A DNA stretch of 57,444 nucleotides, the filler included, from Sphacelaria rigidula (lineage: Eukaryota): assembly GCA_964200075.2 (NCBI GenBank). It is 7 parts of 7 records of this genome, joined end to end, with 100 filler letters (N's around TTAATTAATTAA, not from the genome) between each part and the next. Parts side by side here need not be neighbours in the genome. Positions count along the whole stretch, not along the records: positions 16,444 to 24,564 come from CAXNAA020012221.1; positions 24,665 to 32,784 come from CAXNAA020012222.1; positions 32,885 to 41,004 come from CAXNAA020012223.1; 4 more parts are not named here. One strand, 5' to 3'. Every line of letters starts with the position of its first letter. Positions within the stretch are counted from its first letter, which is position 1. Position numbers and translations under genes: made by a program. Below the pieces are notes generated by a model. That model worked only from the letters and a program-made list of their open reading frames with translations. It was not told where the DNA came from and did not search any database. Positions 23,491 to 36,665 of the stretch are shown here, in pieces.

Positions 23491-24327
23491 TCATTTTGAT
23501 CGATTCGGCAAAAAATTGCGGTAGTAGGAGAGTCCGCCCAACATTGAGCGAAGTTGAGAAATGTTAGTTGGCATCGGCAAGTCAGTCATCGCCTTGACTT
23601 TGTTTGTATCCGGATGTAGGCCTGCTAGTGAAATGGAATGCCCCAAGAAATCCAAGTCAGTCGCACCAAGGCGAGCTTTGGATGGAGACAGTTTCAAATC
23701 GTGAGTGCGTGGGCGAGAAATAAATTCTCGTAGAGTGCGGATATGTGCAATAGGTGAGGCATCCAAAGCGATAGTGTCATCCAGGTACATGATGATGTGC
23801 TGGAGGCCCTCGGTGACACGTTGCATTAAGCGTTGAAAGCATCCCGGGGCAGTGGCAGTGCCTTGTGGCATCCGAAGCCACTCATAGAGTCCGGACGAGG
23901 TACAAAAGGCCGTCAGTGGGACTGTGTCAGGGTTTATAGCATTCTGGAAGAGCCCAGAAGTGAGGTCGAAGGTGCTAAATATTTTTCCGTCGCCTAAGGA
24001 GTCGAAGACTTCGTTAATGCGAGGAATTGGAAGTTTATCGAATACAGTGACGCGGTTCAACCGTTGATAATTCATGGTTATGCGTACGTTTCCATCCTTT
24101 CTGGGGACGACCACGAGTGGCCAGGCCCAAGGAGAGGAGGAATGTTGTATTAATCCCGCTCCCAAATATGCATCCAAGATGGCGTTAAACTTCTTGGTCA
24201 GGATTGGGTTTGTCCGGTATGGCCGAGAAGAGATCGGCGAGACGTCGGGTTGGAGGGTAACCTCAAAGGGCAGCGTTTTGCAACGCCCAAGATCCGTCTT
24301 GGATCGGGAAAATCGGTCTTGGTACTG
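23491..24327 (-). pseudogene. Gypsy reverse transcriptase region
   Basis: SSSPWA.PLVVV, FDLTSG, LYEWLRMPQG, YLDD, FLGH. Frameshifted relative to RNase H. Confidence 0.92.
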
Positions 24328-24514
24328 TAAACACTATATTCGTGAGATTCAGAACGTAGTTTCATTCAGAGTGGATGCTCTAGCGTTCCTAACCGGCAAC
24401 CTTTTTTTTTTTTGCTTGAGCACACGTCCTGTGCATGCAGCTACCGTACAGTACCCCATTCGAGGAATTCGGCGGCCTGGTTGGTGAGATACCGCACAAA
24501 CCATTTTTACGCCT

Positions 24515-24564
24515 GGGGGGGGGGGGCGTACTCATTTGTTGCTTGCCTTAGTCGTTTGACCATT
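24515..24564 (-). mobile_element. LINE-like 3' end copy cut by the contig end
   Basis: G12 followed by cgtactcatttgttgcttgccttagtcgtttgaccatt. Confidence 0.8.
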
Positions 24565-24664
24565 NNNNNNNNNNNNNNNNNNNNNNNNNNNNNNNNNNNN
24601 NNNNNNNNTTAATTAATTAANNNNNNNNNNNNNNNNNNNNNNNNNNNNNNNNNNNNNNNNNNNN
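24565..24664. other. Artificial contig linker
   Basis: 44N-TTAATTAATTAA-44N. Confidence 0.98.
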
Positions 24665-24741
24665 ATTCTATGGTATCGCCACTTCCAGAGACAGCCATGG
24701 CTTTTACACTGCCTCATGGGTGTCTAACCAGGACGTGAAAG

Positions 24742-25322
24742 ATGGGAGGCATCAAGCCAAGGCAGCTGGTCCCGCCAGAGGACGCGTTGCGATACCAGGT
24801 CAAGCGAGCAGGTGCTGTCTCAGAATACTGGATGGGGGGGATGACTGATGCCATGCCCCATGTGACTTCAAGGATCGCGGATGGCATACGGCGTCGGGCA
24901 AGACAGGGGAGGCTGTGACACATGACAACATTGTCCTCAACTTGTCCGACCACGCATACATCGACACCACGGGCAAAATCAAGGAGCTTACGTGCGGGTG
25001 TAACCCTACCGCGGCGGAGAAGCACAAATAATGCCGGCGCAGTTGCACTTGCGCGAGACTGGGCAAACGTTGCCATCCCATTCTCTGCGGCTGTGAGGGG
25101 CGATGCGACCCGAGCAACGCCACAGCACCGGGTTCATACCCCGAAGTGTTGCGGTGGGAGACGAGAGGGCAAGGTGAGACTGGTGAACATGAAGGCGCCG
25201 ATTCCATGTCGGTCGGGTCGGACACGGACGGCAGCACCTGTTCGGATGCATGTTCTGACTTCAGCGAGGACAGCGGCATGGACGAGGTCGACCGCTGCCT
25301 CGAACGGGAAAACCTGGCATGA
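24742..25322 (+). pseudogene. C-terminal remnant of an Academ(X)-like transposon protein (LPP..AL..KRA..W / P..GW / Cys-rich finger)
   Basis: Manual translation: LVPPEDALRYQVKRAGAVSEYW, frameshift near 24858, PCDFKDRGW...ELTCGCNPTAAEKHK*CRRSCTCARLGKRCHPILCGCEGRC, then an acidic tail and TGA at 25320-25322. There is an in-frame TAA at 25029-25031. The supplied ORF track does not show this reading. Confidence 0.6.
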
Positions 25323-25383
25323 CGGAGTACAGGTTCAGCGGATATCATGCTGTACGCGGAAGGTGCGTATTGCCGGGGGGCAA

Positions 25384-25580
25384 GGGGGGAGGGGACTCAA
25401 TTGGTCATCGCCTCAGTCGTTTGACTGTTGACCACGCATCGCTTTTGAGACGGAGCGCCGTTCTTACTCCTGATGGAGATACCTCCAACAGTTGGGTGTT
25501 CATGAAGTTTATTCCATACATTCCACAAAAACCATTTACATGTCTTATTCCGGCCCTGTTTCGTCGTCTGTGGCCACCAT
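25384..25580 (-). mobile_element. Older, more diverged LINE-like 3' end copy
   Basis: Minus strand WWPQTTKQGRNKTCKWFLWNVWNKLHEHPTVGGISIRSKNGAPSQKRCVVNSQTTEAMTN* is colinear with the 14907-15114 peptide, with a G-run at the same end. Confidence 0.75.
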
Positions 25581-28500
25581 TCCAAATTTAACCATGTTCA
25601 CCGCGTGTATCCCGTTCGTGATCAGGTGTTGGCCGTCGCTCGTAACGCGGGAGGTGGGTAATACCGGAGCATCACGCCGGCGATGAAGCGAGCGTAGCGG
25701 GCTACTCGGTTCTAGGGCAGGGTTGGTGAAGTTGCCAGGGGTTATGTATGCCGTAAATATTGAGCTGACAGCATTGCAGACTGTCCCACTGTGAAATCGG
25801 AGGATGGGGTGTATGTACCACTCGCAGGATGACTTGTGTGCGACGAGGGTCGGAATTTCGTGTTCCCCATCCCCAACCGGACGCTGACCCGCAGGTCAAC
25901 AATAGGGGAGGCACTACATGCCGCGGAAGGCGTCGCGATCGCGGAACGGCAGTGTTGCAAACAAAATATCTGCATCCTCCCGCTTGTGGGCAACAACGCC
26001 CCTGTAATGTCTGCCCCGCGTGTATGTTGTGTGTGCCCGCCGCGCCGGTGTCCGCAGTCTCTTTTAAAACTGTTTTCTGTACCGATTCTTCCACGCGGCG
26101 GGCCTCGGTCTCAAACTGTCAAGTACCGTCCCGGAGTTCACCGTTCAAATTGTGCAGGAATTTTCCCCCCTGTCTGGGATATCGCCGTCGGTGGCGAGCG
26201 GTGGTTGGCCGAGGCGGGAACGTCTTCACTGTTCGATGCAGTCTAGAGGAAGTCGTTTTAGAGGAAAATACCTACGCGCTTATTTTTGGTTAAAGCGGGA
26301 AAACCCTCTTAACTGATAGACCGAAATGCTCGCACGGTAGCAACTCCTGAGGGCTATACCACCGCAGGGATGTTCGCGGTACAACTCTCTCCATCCCAAA
26401 CATGTCGTCAGCGAGCCTTAGTGTTCAGCCTCAGAAAGATTTCGAACTGAAATGTGCACCCCTACCGTCGCTTGACTCGTAATTTAATCATTTCCCGGAT
26501 GACGCTCGCACACCCGTGTTGCAACGGCCGGAGGGAGATGCTGCAGCACACCCCCACCTCCTACCCGCGCCATATAGGCAAATGTTTTCACGATGTTGCA
26601 ACTTTACCATCCCATGGCCAGCAAGGCATTATTTAACTGATGAAAAATGATCAAGGCCGAGATGCCCCTTCCAGCTTTGTGCGAGACAGTGATATCGTTT
26701 CCTTCATACTTTGCCGCCGGGGCTTTCGAAAACCCGGAAAGGGATATGGGCGCTCAGGTGGAAGCGCACGACAGCATTGTAGAGGGCGAACAGCACACAC
26801 AAACGAACGGAACAACCAAGTAATTTGTCTTCAAAACAGACAACCGCCCCGCGCCCACACACCCTGAGTCGACGACACACTTCTTCACAGTCAGTAAAAC
26901 GTGTGCATTGCTGCTGCCGAGTGGATGCTGTAGGTTGCAGCCATTATTGTCCGCGGTGTCATGGAGTTGATGAGGTTCCGCGACTTCATCTTCCGCACGC
27001 AGCCCGAGAGAGCGCTTGCGGACTCCTGCACATGGATGGACATCACTGAGACGGGATTGTCAAAGTGAAGATACGATGGCTGCATGCTCTGTGTTCCCCT
27101 ACGCGGAATATGCGGCGCAATCGCCGACTGCTATTATTTTGCCGTTTTATACTGAAAACTAGCTTGTAAAGTTCTCCCCCGAGGGTGTAAGACCCCACGT
27201 GAAAATTGGCACACGAGTTGGGTATGATGCAGCCTGCACGTACACCAAGCGGGGGCACATTTCATCGCGGCGCGAAAATTAGCGCAATGGTGCAAGATGT
27301 TTTCGTAATAAAGACCATACGCCCTCCACACGGCCTCCCCGCGGCAGCAACTTCGTACACCCACCCTTGTGACACGCTTTGATGCACCGGTGCACTGACA
27401 TCTACATCATGCGTCCTTCGACGGCTGCAAGGGGAAACAAACATCGATCTCTACTGGGATGCCCGCTGGAAAATGACAATCTCTGCGAAGCCCAGTCACA
27501 CACTGCCTGCAGAGGAGCTGATGTGCGGAGGAACGCCCATACGTGCGCTGTGGGTGCGTTCACGCGCTGAAACTTTGGCCACATGTCCTGTAAAGCACAG
27601 TCAACAAGTCCATATCGTTTCATCTCCGCTTCCTTGGTGCAACGCCGCAGCCGGGGGCGAAAAAGGGTCAGATTCTGCTCCGAAACATTTGTTTTTTTGT
27701 CTTCACGCGCAAGACTGGATACGTCGACCGCTTTTATGTTCCTTGAAGGCGTCAACTCAAAATTATAATTAGCGGCGCGCGGACAAGAATGCAACGAGGT
27801 AAAAAACAATCGTTTCCGATCGAAAACATGCGGTCGAAAGCAACGAAGCGGCACTTGACTCAAATCTTACAGACCACCACGCCAAATAACACGTGTTCAC
27901 AGGACCATGCAAACTCCGTCCGACTCATTCTCAGCTACCACCGCAACCCTGCAGCAAAACTTGGTGAGACTTGCACATCTTCTCTCGTGCTAAGCATCAG
28001 CGACGGAACTGCGTGGTACGGTGGGCAACCGAGTTGCGTGCACGCTCATGGACAGTACAGTGCAGGCAGTATAAAGCTGCACGTTGCTGAAGTTATTTTC
28101 ACGTCGCAGTGTAAGCAGAGAGAACTGATAGCCGTGGGCTATCTGCACTGCTGCACGTTGCCCGCTTCTCCTTTATATCCCCCTGCACAAAACACACACA
28201 CGCACTCAAGACAACCTGCTTGAAAGCAGTGCAGACACTGCAGACTGTCTGTCTGTACAAGAGTGACCATATGCCGTTTCACGAATTTCACTGTATTTTT
28301 CGGATCGAAAGCTTGAAAGTCCCTCTGGAGCCAACTGCATCAAAACGAGAATTTTTCGCTCAGATCGATTCCACCGCCCCAATTTTTAATTTTTCCGATC
28401 GAAAAGAAAAGTGCCAAGACAGGCCCTGATAAGCAGTCCTTTTTCCTCGTCGCCCATTAGATCCAGATGCTTGCCGAAAATAGAAAATACCGTTAGCAAC

Positions 28501-29991
28501 GACACGTTTTCGGTTTGACAAAATGACACGCACGCCGCCCGTCCTTCCTCCAGTACTGAACGGATTTCCGTCAAACAACGACTGCTGTGTGTACATGATC
28601 AATAGTTTGCGCTGGAGCTATCGATTGCGCGTGAGTGGCGGGTAGTATGCGTGTTAGTGTGTGTTTAGTCGGGGGTGTCGTCTTTACTTGTCCTGGACAC
28701 ATGTTGCACCAACGGCCACCCCAAAACCCATCGTGTTTTGAATCTGTGAAGATCTGTCTCGGATCTGAGGAGTCACATGTCACAAGATTGATCATTGTGG
28801 ATACGATTATAATCTGTTCTGAAAACTGATTTCATTCTGTACTGTAAACACGCTCAGGACTATTTTCAGTACAACAAGCTCATTACTTGGTTTTTGTGTA
28901 TCGATGATACAGCGGTGCTGAAGTGCCCCCACCAGGCCCTATCGGATAGACGGCATAGTGCGACACGATGAAAGTGCACAAATGATCGATCAGACCGAAA
29001 CTCAAAACAATACGTTTGGTATCATTTTGCTGCTGCCCGGACGGCTTGCCTTCGGAGGCAGTTTTCCCGCTCGAGTAATGGAACAACGTGTGGAATTAGC
29101 CTTTTGACTGAAAGAGAGCAGCTCTGCCAGTCGGCATCATTTTCACTTCAAAAGTGTGGGCAAAACCTAACAGCCCGCATGGGCGATCAACAGGCGACGA
29201 TCGCGAGTACATTTGCTCCGCAACTTGTGAATGTCGAAGGATAGAGGTTGATGTGAGTGCAGAAAACCATTGCAAGAGCACTGCCGATGATAACGAATCT
29301 GCTGTGAAACCGTGAAGGCGATCCCACGTAGAGTGATGCCTCCATCAGTACAGTATAGTGTATTATGGAGTATCCAACCGCAGCAGTGGCCCTGTGAAAT
29401 GAAACACATCACAGGGTAACGTCGTTTTTTTAAAAATGAAGTGACGCCATTTGCTACCGCACAGTGTTCAACAGCAACATAGTGTTCATTTTCTGGCCGA
29501 CACGAAATGGATATAACAACCGGACAACATGGGTACCTGAACCATCCAAGAATTGACGCCCCTCGCCCCACCTCCGATGGTGACGGTCAACTGTACATTC
29601 ATTCATGCGAGGAGTACGACATGCATGTGTACGCTTCTTTTACGAACATGCGTTATTGCAGGTGTTACCGTTGGCGTTGCACCCGAGTTGTGCGGTAGAA
29701 CGACGATACCGTTCACCTGGCACAAGGTTCGCTCTTCTTTATACCCCCTGTGTGTAGGGACAAAGGTGCGAACACTCCGCCCGTGGGCGGACGGCTACAG
29801 ATGGAAACTGGTGTCGACTCTCTCCCGATGTACTTTTGTGAAGAAAGTCTATGCGCGACCCTCCTGTTGTTAACAGACAGTACAAACCTCACGTGTACAG
29901 AACGATTTTGCACAATGGGCTTGCCATGGACGGAGCAAATATCGTCAACCAACGGCAACAAAAAAAGTGTTGGGTTGGATCAATCGCTCAC

Positions 29992-30204
29992 CAAGTCAAC
30001 TTCGCGTTCCCTGCCGGTGCGTGCGTCCTGTACTGCCAAAAGCGTATTCTCTTGACGAAGGACCTCCACAAGCACCCAGACGTCGTCCTCATCCTCTGTC
30101 CAGATTCTGCTCCCTGCATCTATGGTCTTCGCATGGATTATGGTTGCCGATGGGGCTGCCGACATACTCTGCTGCTTCTGGATAGCTCGCACCGGAGGCG
30201 CCAT
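29992..30204 (-). CDS. Probable first coding exon of a myosin heavy chain (N-terminal SH3-like segment)
   Basis: accATGG start, 71 codons ending at a phase-0 GTGAG donor. GSRIWTEDEDDVWVLVEVLRQENTLLAVQDARTGREREVDL resembles the myosin N-terminal G..VWV.D....W...EV motif. No motor-domain exons were recognised downstream. Confidence 0.55.
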
Positions 30205-31897
30205 GGTTGTCAGGATTTGGTCGTCACAACTGGCACGACTAGGGTGTTCTGATTGTGTGCACGCTAGGATTCTTGCCCTTGCACAGCACACACCACAAGT
30301 AGAGACAGTATAGCGACTCCTTTCTTGATACTTTATCGTGTGAGCGTGACGTATCTACAGATCCGTTATGTATGTATCCTGCAGTCACCGCGCCGACCCC
30401 GGCATCACTCTGTCTGTCCTGCACACGCACAACTCAGAATAGAAGAGAGCAGGTGCGTCCTATCTGCAGTGTCAAGCTCCAGAGATGGATGAGCAGAGAA
30501 AAAACGAGAAAATACTACAGGTTCCGGTCGGCTGGACGGACCACCGATCAGGGGGCGCTTTACGCGAAACTTCCGGATCTTAGCGTCATGTATCAGAGAC
30601 TGTCAGTTCAGCTGGAAACACGACCGACAGTCAGTGGTGTAGTACTTCTCCACACTGTCGAGTGTACTGTACCGCATTGATTGTACAGTCTGTTGATCGC
30701 ACGGCGAAGGCATACGCTATGATGATGTAAAATCGAAGTAAAGAATGGGTGTATATACCACTGACATTGTACGGACTATTGTTACACAGTTGTATGTTTC
30801 ACACGGTTATTGTCATACCCCTTGTATCGGTCTATGCATGGTCTGGTCAGGTAGTACATGGATACATACGTATCCTGCCTTCACGGGTGGCCACTGGGGT
30901 GCCTACAACCTCAATTTTGGACGTTATAGACCTTGTGGAACGTCTGTAACGTCCAAAATCGAGGTTACAGGCATCCCAGCGGCCACCCGTGTTTTGTCGT
31001 TGGATTCACGGGCGCATCTCATTTTACAGAAGAGAGTCCAGTCGGTCACCAATATTGCATCACTAGGGCCCCAGGTGCGTTTATGCAAATCGAGCAGCAT
31101 AAGCGTCGCGTGCGCATTCATCTCGTAACCCTACGTACAGCACCACAACAAAATGTATTGTCAAAGCCGGTCAAAGCACAGAGCACGGAGAAAAGATACA
31201 AGAGATCTCAGCTAACTGGGCCACGAAACATGAAACCGCTCGAAAAACGGCTGAACGGTTAGACGGTTCGCGGTTCGTGGGTTGCGAACCGCAACTATTG
31301 TACTCGTAGCTATATCGTGGAACCCCACCAGAGATGACTGACATATATATGACAACATGGCACCTACGAAGTGCTTCTGCAGATAGAAGATAGAGCAGAA
31401 CATAGAACAAGAATTCATGTGACGATGTTATTATGTTTCTCGCATTTCTATCAGGAGGAGCTAGAAGATGGCACGATGGCAAAAACTTGGGCAGCAGCAA
31501 ACACGACGAGATGTTCGAAATCGGTGTCGTGCGCATTTATTTGGCGGGTACCCTGGTCCGGATGAACCGACTGTGGATTCTTCAATACGTGGTGTAGTTT
31601 ACAACAACAAGTAAAATCGCAACGTGCTTCTGTCTACTCCATGGGATGAAATTCCCACAGGCCCACGAAACTTGGAGCATCTACACCCCAATCTGTTTGG
31701 GCTCCTCCAAAAAAGAGACCCAGAAACAAAAGGTGCAAGCTCTACCTAACCATTGCTCATTTTGAAAAACACGAGTGTTTTAGGGGGTCCGTCTATCATG
31801 CGACCGAGGACGGATCTCTGAGAGGTCACTTAAAGTAAAGTGCGACAATTAATTGATGAGTCAATCAAAATCGCTCATGATAGTCCGCTTCCTGTGG

Positions 31898-32007
<110 letters not shown>

Positions 32008-32149
32008 TTCAGCCACGGTCGCACAGCAAGAGGAGGAAGGCCAGCACAGCACATTTTTTTGTTGTTGTATTCCACCTTGTGCTACTTGCGCTATCTTATA
32101 CAGCAGGCTGGTTCAGATTAAACGCACAAATTTCTACCCCGACAATCCA

Positions 32150-32421
32150 TCACGCCGTTTTTTCGAGTTAGACCATGGAATTTTGCACACATTTTCTGGA
32201 AGGCAGTATCTAAAACTCGAAGAGTTTTCTGTTTTTGTTTTGTTTTTGTGTCGAGATAGCCGGGTCTGCCCCCCCCCCCCCCACCCGTCAAGTACTCCAG
32301 CCGGAACCCCGAATAACCGGCCACTAGGACAAGAAATAAATACGAAATTTTCGAGTCGTAGATACTGACGTCCAGCACATGTCTGCAAAATTTCATGGTC
32401 TAAATCGAAGAAACGGCGTGA
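32150..32421. repeat. Inverted repeat with about 75-bp imperfect arms (MITE-like)
   Basis: tcacgccgttttttcgagttagaccatggaattttgca...cagtatcta matches the reverse complement of tagatactg...tgcaaaatttcatggtctaaatcgaagaaacggcgtga. Confidence 0.75.
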
Positions 32422-32784
32422 AGAAATTGCAAAACATGCGCTGAAGTATTAAAAAGTCTGTAAGTACTTGATTCAAGTACAGAATTGCCCTTTTGGGGGG
32501 TTGTTTTCACGGTAATAAAAGACCAAGCCGATTCAGTTTTTCGAGTTTAGCAACGAAAATTGGTACACATATTCCTTGGGATACCTGGTGTTGGGGCATT
32601 CTGTATCGGTTTCTTGGAGTCTTTATGCTGGGACCCCCGGAAGCCGGTAGAGAACGGAGAAACATTGAAATGTTGCCAAGAATACCATTTTTCCATTCGG
32701 AGCATCAATACCTAACAGGGTTGCCAGAAAAATGAGAACGTATTTTGAAATGAGAATCAACCGCTCCCCGGGATTGTGTCCATT

Positions 32785-32884
32785 NNNNNNNNNNNNNNNN
32801 NNNNNNNNNNNNNNNNNNNNNNNNNNNNTTAATTAATTAANNNNNNNNNNNNNNNNNNNNNNNNNNNNNNNNNNNNNNNNNNNN
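32785..32884. other. Artificial contig linker
   Basis: 44N-TTAATTAATTAA-44N. Confidence 0.98.
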
Positions 32885-35413
32885 TGGTCTCGCCGGGCAG
32901 GAGGATGAGACCCAACCACCGGAAAGGGAAGGGAAGCGGCAGCAGGCTTGTGGTCCCCCCCCCCCCCCGAAAAGTAATGCATACCTTAACAACGTACAGC
33001 TGGCGTCAAAGCGCATCAGTGTGCAGCCGGACAAGGAACAGACACGTGCCGAAACACAGGGCACACGCGAGCAGCGACAGCAGTCTCGCAGCTTCGATCC
33101 CGCAGCCCAAGAGAAGTGCCGACCGTGTGGCTGTGACCCCCTCTTGTAGGAAACTTCCTGGCCTGTGTAAACTAGGCCAATACGTCCACGGGTCGGACGA
33201 ATTAATGAGTCGTCTGGGAATTACTCGATTCAAGTGTAATTGATTCGTACGGTACGAATCAATCCTTAGGCTTTGTTTTCAGCGTTGCAACCCAGGTACG
33301 CGCAGCTCAGGCACGTGGAATGGCGCAAAAATTGCGTGGGGGCGTCCTTGACCAGCGGTCGTTTTTTTTTTTCTTTTAATCTTTTCTGAGTAATCAGGCC
33401 TGAAAAATCATGGATTTGGTTATTCGAACCGGCGATGATTCGTCCAAACCGTGAATACGCCAGAGTTTTACCAACAGACGGTGGACAATTCCAGGCCCAA
33501 CCGAAACACAGCAGAATCCGAAGAGGCAAGAGATTCCCGTGAAAGGGCCATCGTCTGCTTCGACAATGAGCGGAGGCTGTGCAAGCAGTGCCCACCTGGA
33601 CTGTGCGTGTTTGATCTATTCATCATGGGCAGTGACGTGTTCTGCTTGTACCGTTGCTTTTGACCACAGCAACTGTGGTTTTGCTCCGCCGTGATTTATT
33701 TGCCTGTCCACTTCGAAGCTGTTGAATAGCCGCGTGATCGTGGATGGAGCTTTTCTTGGGTTGGGATGATGGTGGTCGGGATGACGAAACAAAACTCCCG
33801 ATACGTAGCGGCCAGCAGCCGAAAGGTAACACCAAGTATGGTGACGTGTGCATGGTTTAAAACTTGCCGCGAACCTGCGGTCAGGCAGGTCGATCGCCAA
33901 AATCCGGTGGAGTTCTCGCCAAAATCCGGTGAAAGCCGAATTGAGTTGTCACAAGCAGGTACGCCACGCGTGCCTTTCGCCACAATCCGTTGGCGGCGTG
34001 ATTTGGCCAATCAGGCGGCTGCATTTGTTGCAGTTCTAGAGGATTTCAAGCTATACCGGGTTTTGGCGAAAATGCAGGCGGTATACCGGTGTTTTTGGCA
34101 ATTGCCCAGTACTGGTACGAGCACTACCGGCTTGAGGCCTAGGTGTGATATTTTCCAAGGTTGTGTTCTCTATGTTATGATTTCTATACCCGAAATATTC
34201 ACCCGGGTAGTACTCGTATCCAACAGTGCTCCAAGTTCTATGATAAATCTCATACCGTTCCGAACGTACCCGTCCGTACCCTATAGAACAACCTTGATGC
34301 ATTCGAAAATTCCCGGTACCCCACACGCTATACCTCCTGCTGTGATATCGCACGGTGTAGCGCGATTGGCAGGGTCATCCCAACCAGGCCCTTCCCCCCC
34401 ACCCCTCTCATCGTTCGCATCGTTCGCATCATGAAAAGTAGATATAGATCGTTACGGGCGTCGTGAGATCAGAAGCATGGTCCATATCGCCGTTTTGTGG
34501 GGGGCAGGAAAATGATGAGTCATCACATTTTGTCGCATGAAGCCTACCTTGACTTCCATCACCACACCTTCATCCCGAACGAGAGTGTGATTTGAATCCT
34601 CCGGGTCGTCCCGTAACACTTGTGGGGAGACGGGGAGGGACCCGGGAAGGGGCTGGGAGGGAAGGGGGGGGGCGATATATTCGCGAACACATCAGTACGA
34701 CCCAAGATCGATTAAAGTATGACTCTTTTGTAGTTTAATGATACCACACACAAGTAAACGTACACCGCAGAACTTCAACGTGATTTCAATCGTAACATTC
34801 TGCGCCTGATAGACGAGACCCCATCCCAATGTTGGGGGCTGGATTCCTGCAATGGGGAGGACGGAGGGGAGGAACGGGGGGGCTCAAGACGTCTTTGGCG
34901 CGCTGAACCGGCGTAGACGCAATGCGTCCTTTCTCGTAGAACGGGATTACGCGATTGTTTAGACGCGTCTGGGAAAACTGCACCAGGGAACCCCCTCCCC
35001 CCCCCCCCCCATACTTCACTACGGGCTAAGGATTAGGGATGAGAGCAGTGAAACCAGGCACGGTTCATATCACATTCTGGTGGAGGAGGAGTGTACTCAT
35101 GATCATACATTCCATAGTCATGAGACCATGGTGGAGGAGGGGTGGGGTTTGGTGAAGTTACGGCAGAGTTTATGCGACAAAGACGACGTGTCTTGCTGTT
35201 ATGTGTAGGGGATGTGAAAGACGGTGTGCATACAGTGAGGGAACCGAACTATTAATATAACACACGAGTTTTTTTTTTTTCCCGATCAATCGATTGTGTG
35301 TGTGTGTTTTCATGTGAAAACAACAGAGGCGAATCAACAAAGGAGACGACAAGGCCGGCACTGCCGTCGACCCCCGGGTTTTTCTCGGCGTAGGCGAAAA
35401 GCTTGCGGAGCTC

Positions 35414-35452
35414 GAACAACAACAACAACAACAGCAGCAGCAGCAGCAGCAG
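35414..35452. repeat. (CAA)n(CAG)n microsatellite
   Basis: Visible directly in the sequence. Confidence 0.9.
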
Positions 35453-36194
35453 CCTTATCGAGATGAGTCCGGAACGACTGGTGCGACTCCGATGTCTAGG
35501 GTCCCCACAGCAGCGGCAGCGGCGGCGGCGGAGGCGGGTGGAGTGCCTGTTGGCGGGAGTGGGGGCGTACCTGCGGGGGGAACGGGCGGGGAGCTGTTGG
35601 ATTTGCTATCGATGGATCTTGCGGCTAGTGGCGCGGATGCGGCGGCGCCGCTTGCTATAGGTGAAGATTTTTTATTGGATGTAGTCATGAGGAAAGAAGA
35701 TAAAGGAGCGTTATTTGTTCCTTCAGACAGTTGTGGGGCAGGTTGACTTACAGATCATTCGATCTGTCCATGCGATTACTCCCATAGTTTTGGGGAAGGT
35801 TGGCATGCAGACTTGCGGACCCTAGCGCCGAGGAGGAGGAACGCCTTCTCGGGCCTAGGTCAGGGGGGTTGCGTTGCATGCACCCTCGAACACTCACTGA
35901 GCTGGACCCTCTGCATCTACTGCTTACCTTCGGTGAGAACAGTACGCTAGGCGAGCAAGAGAATAATGAGCGAGAATAAGAAGACACCTAGCCTTCGAGC
36001 TCCTTTGTCTGTTTGCCACTGTTGACCAAGAGTCGCGTGAACCTGTGCGTGAATCACACACCAGCAGCTTGTTCTGCTCGGACATATTGCACCTTGTGCA
36101 TTCTACCAAGCTTGCAGCACATTGATGAATACTCATCTAGGAAGGTGTGTGGAGTCTTCCATATTACACGGGCGTCGACCGTAGGATATAAGGC

Positions 36195-36665
36195 AAGGCC
36201 AAGCATCGAAGCTTGCTCGGAACGGGTCTTTTTTGCTATGAACAGACATGACCGATCCACCGACATTGTTGGGTGTCCAAGTATTACTGGACAAAGTCTG
36301 AGTGCGTCCACGAGACCCGGAGGGACTCGTGGATGCGGCATGCAAAGTCTGCGAAGACCCGGAAGAATACTGTGTGCCACGAATGGCAGGCGTTAAATCA
36401 TGTTCTTGATCTACAAACGCAGTCCACATCGCGTCAACGGAGGCGCAAGGCACTCCTTCGTGCGCCAGAGCGCCCGGAAACAGAGACGGCATCAGCGTCG
36501 GAAATTGCTGGGCGATACTGTTGCGAACATACGTCTGATACATAGCATCGCTAGGGCCATTCTGTCGGCCAGTACCAGTCACACCAGACACCAAAAGCTT
36601 GAAATCGCGTAGGTAGTCAGCAAAGAGTACATCCGTTGCCACAGCGAAGGAGCTGAGGCCCTTGA
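36195..36665 (-). repeat. Inverted duplicate of the gag-like region 36798-37226
   Basis: Near-identical reverse complement. ORFs 36133..36642(-) and 36662..37729(+) share ATDVLFADYLRDFKLLVSGVTGTGRQNG... almost residue for residue. Confidence 0.95.

Larger units (their letters stand above)
19126..24327 (-). mobile_element. Ty3/Gypsy chromovirus-like LTR retrotransposon, 5'-truncated and frameshifted
   Basis: Domain order RT, RNase H, integrase. A purine-rich PPT-like tract at about 19611-19630 is followed by TG, suggesting a 3' LTR at about 19126/19148-19610; the LTR boundaries are tentative. Confidence 0.9.

Noticed and set aside
36040-36130. PHD-like peptide CTRCNMSEQNKLLVCD on the minus strand
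   Set aside because: Too short, and the remaining Cys/His ligands are missing.
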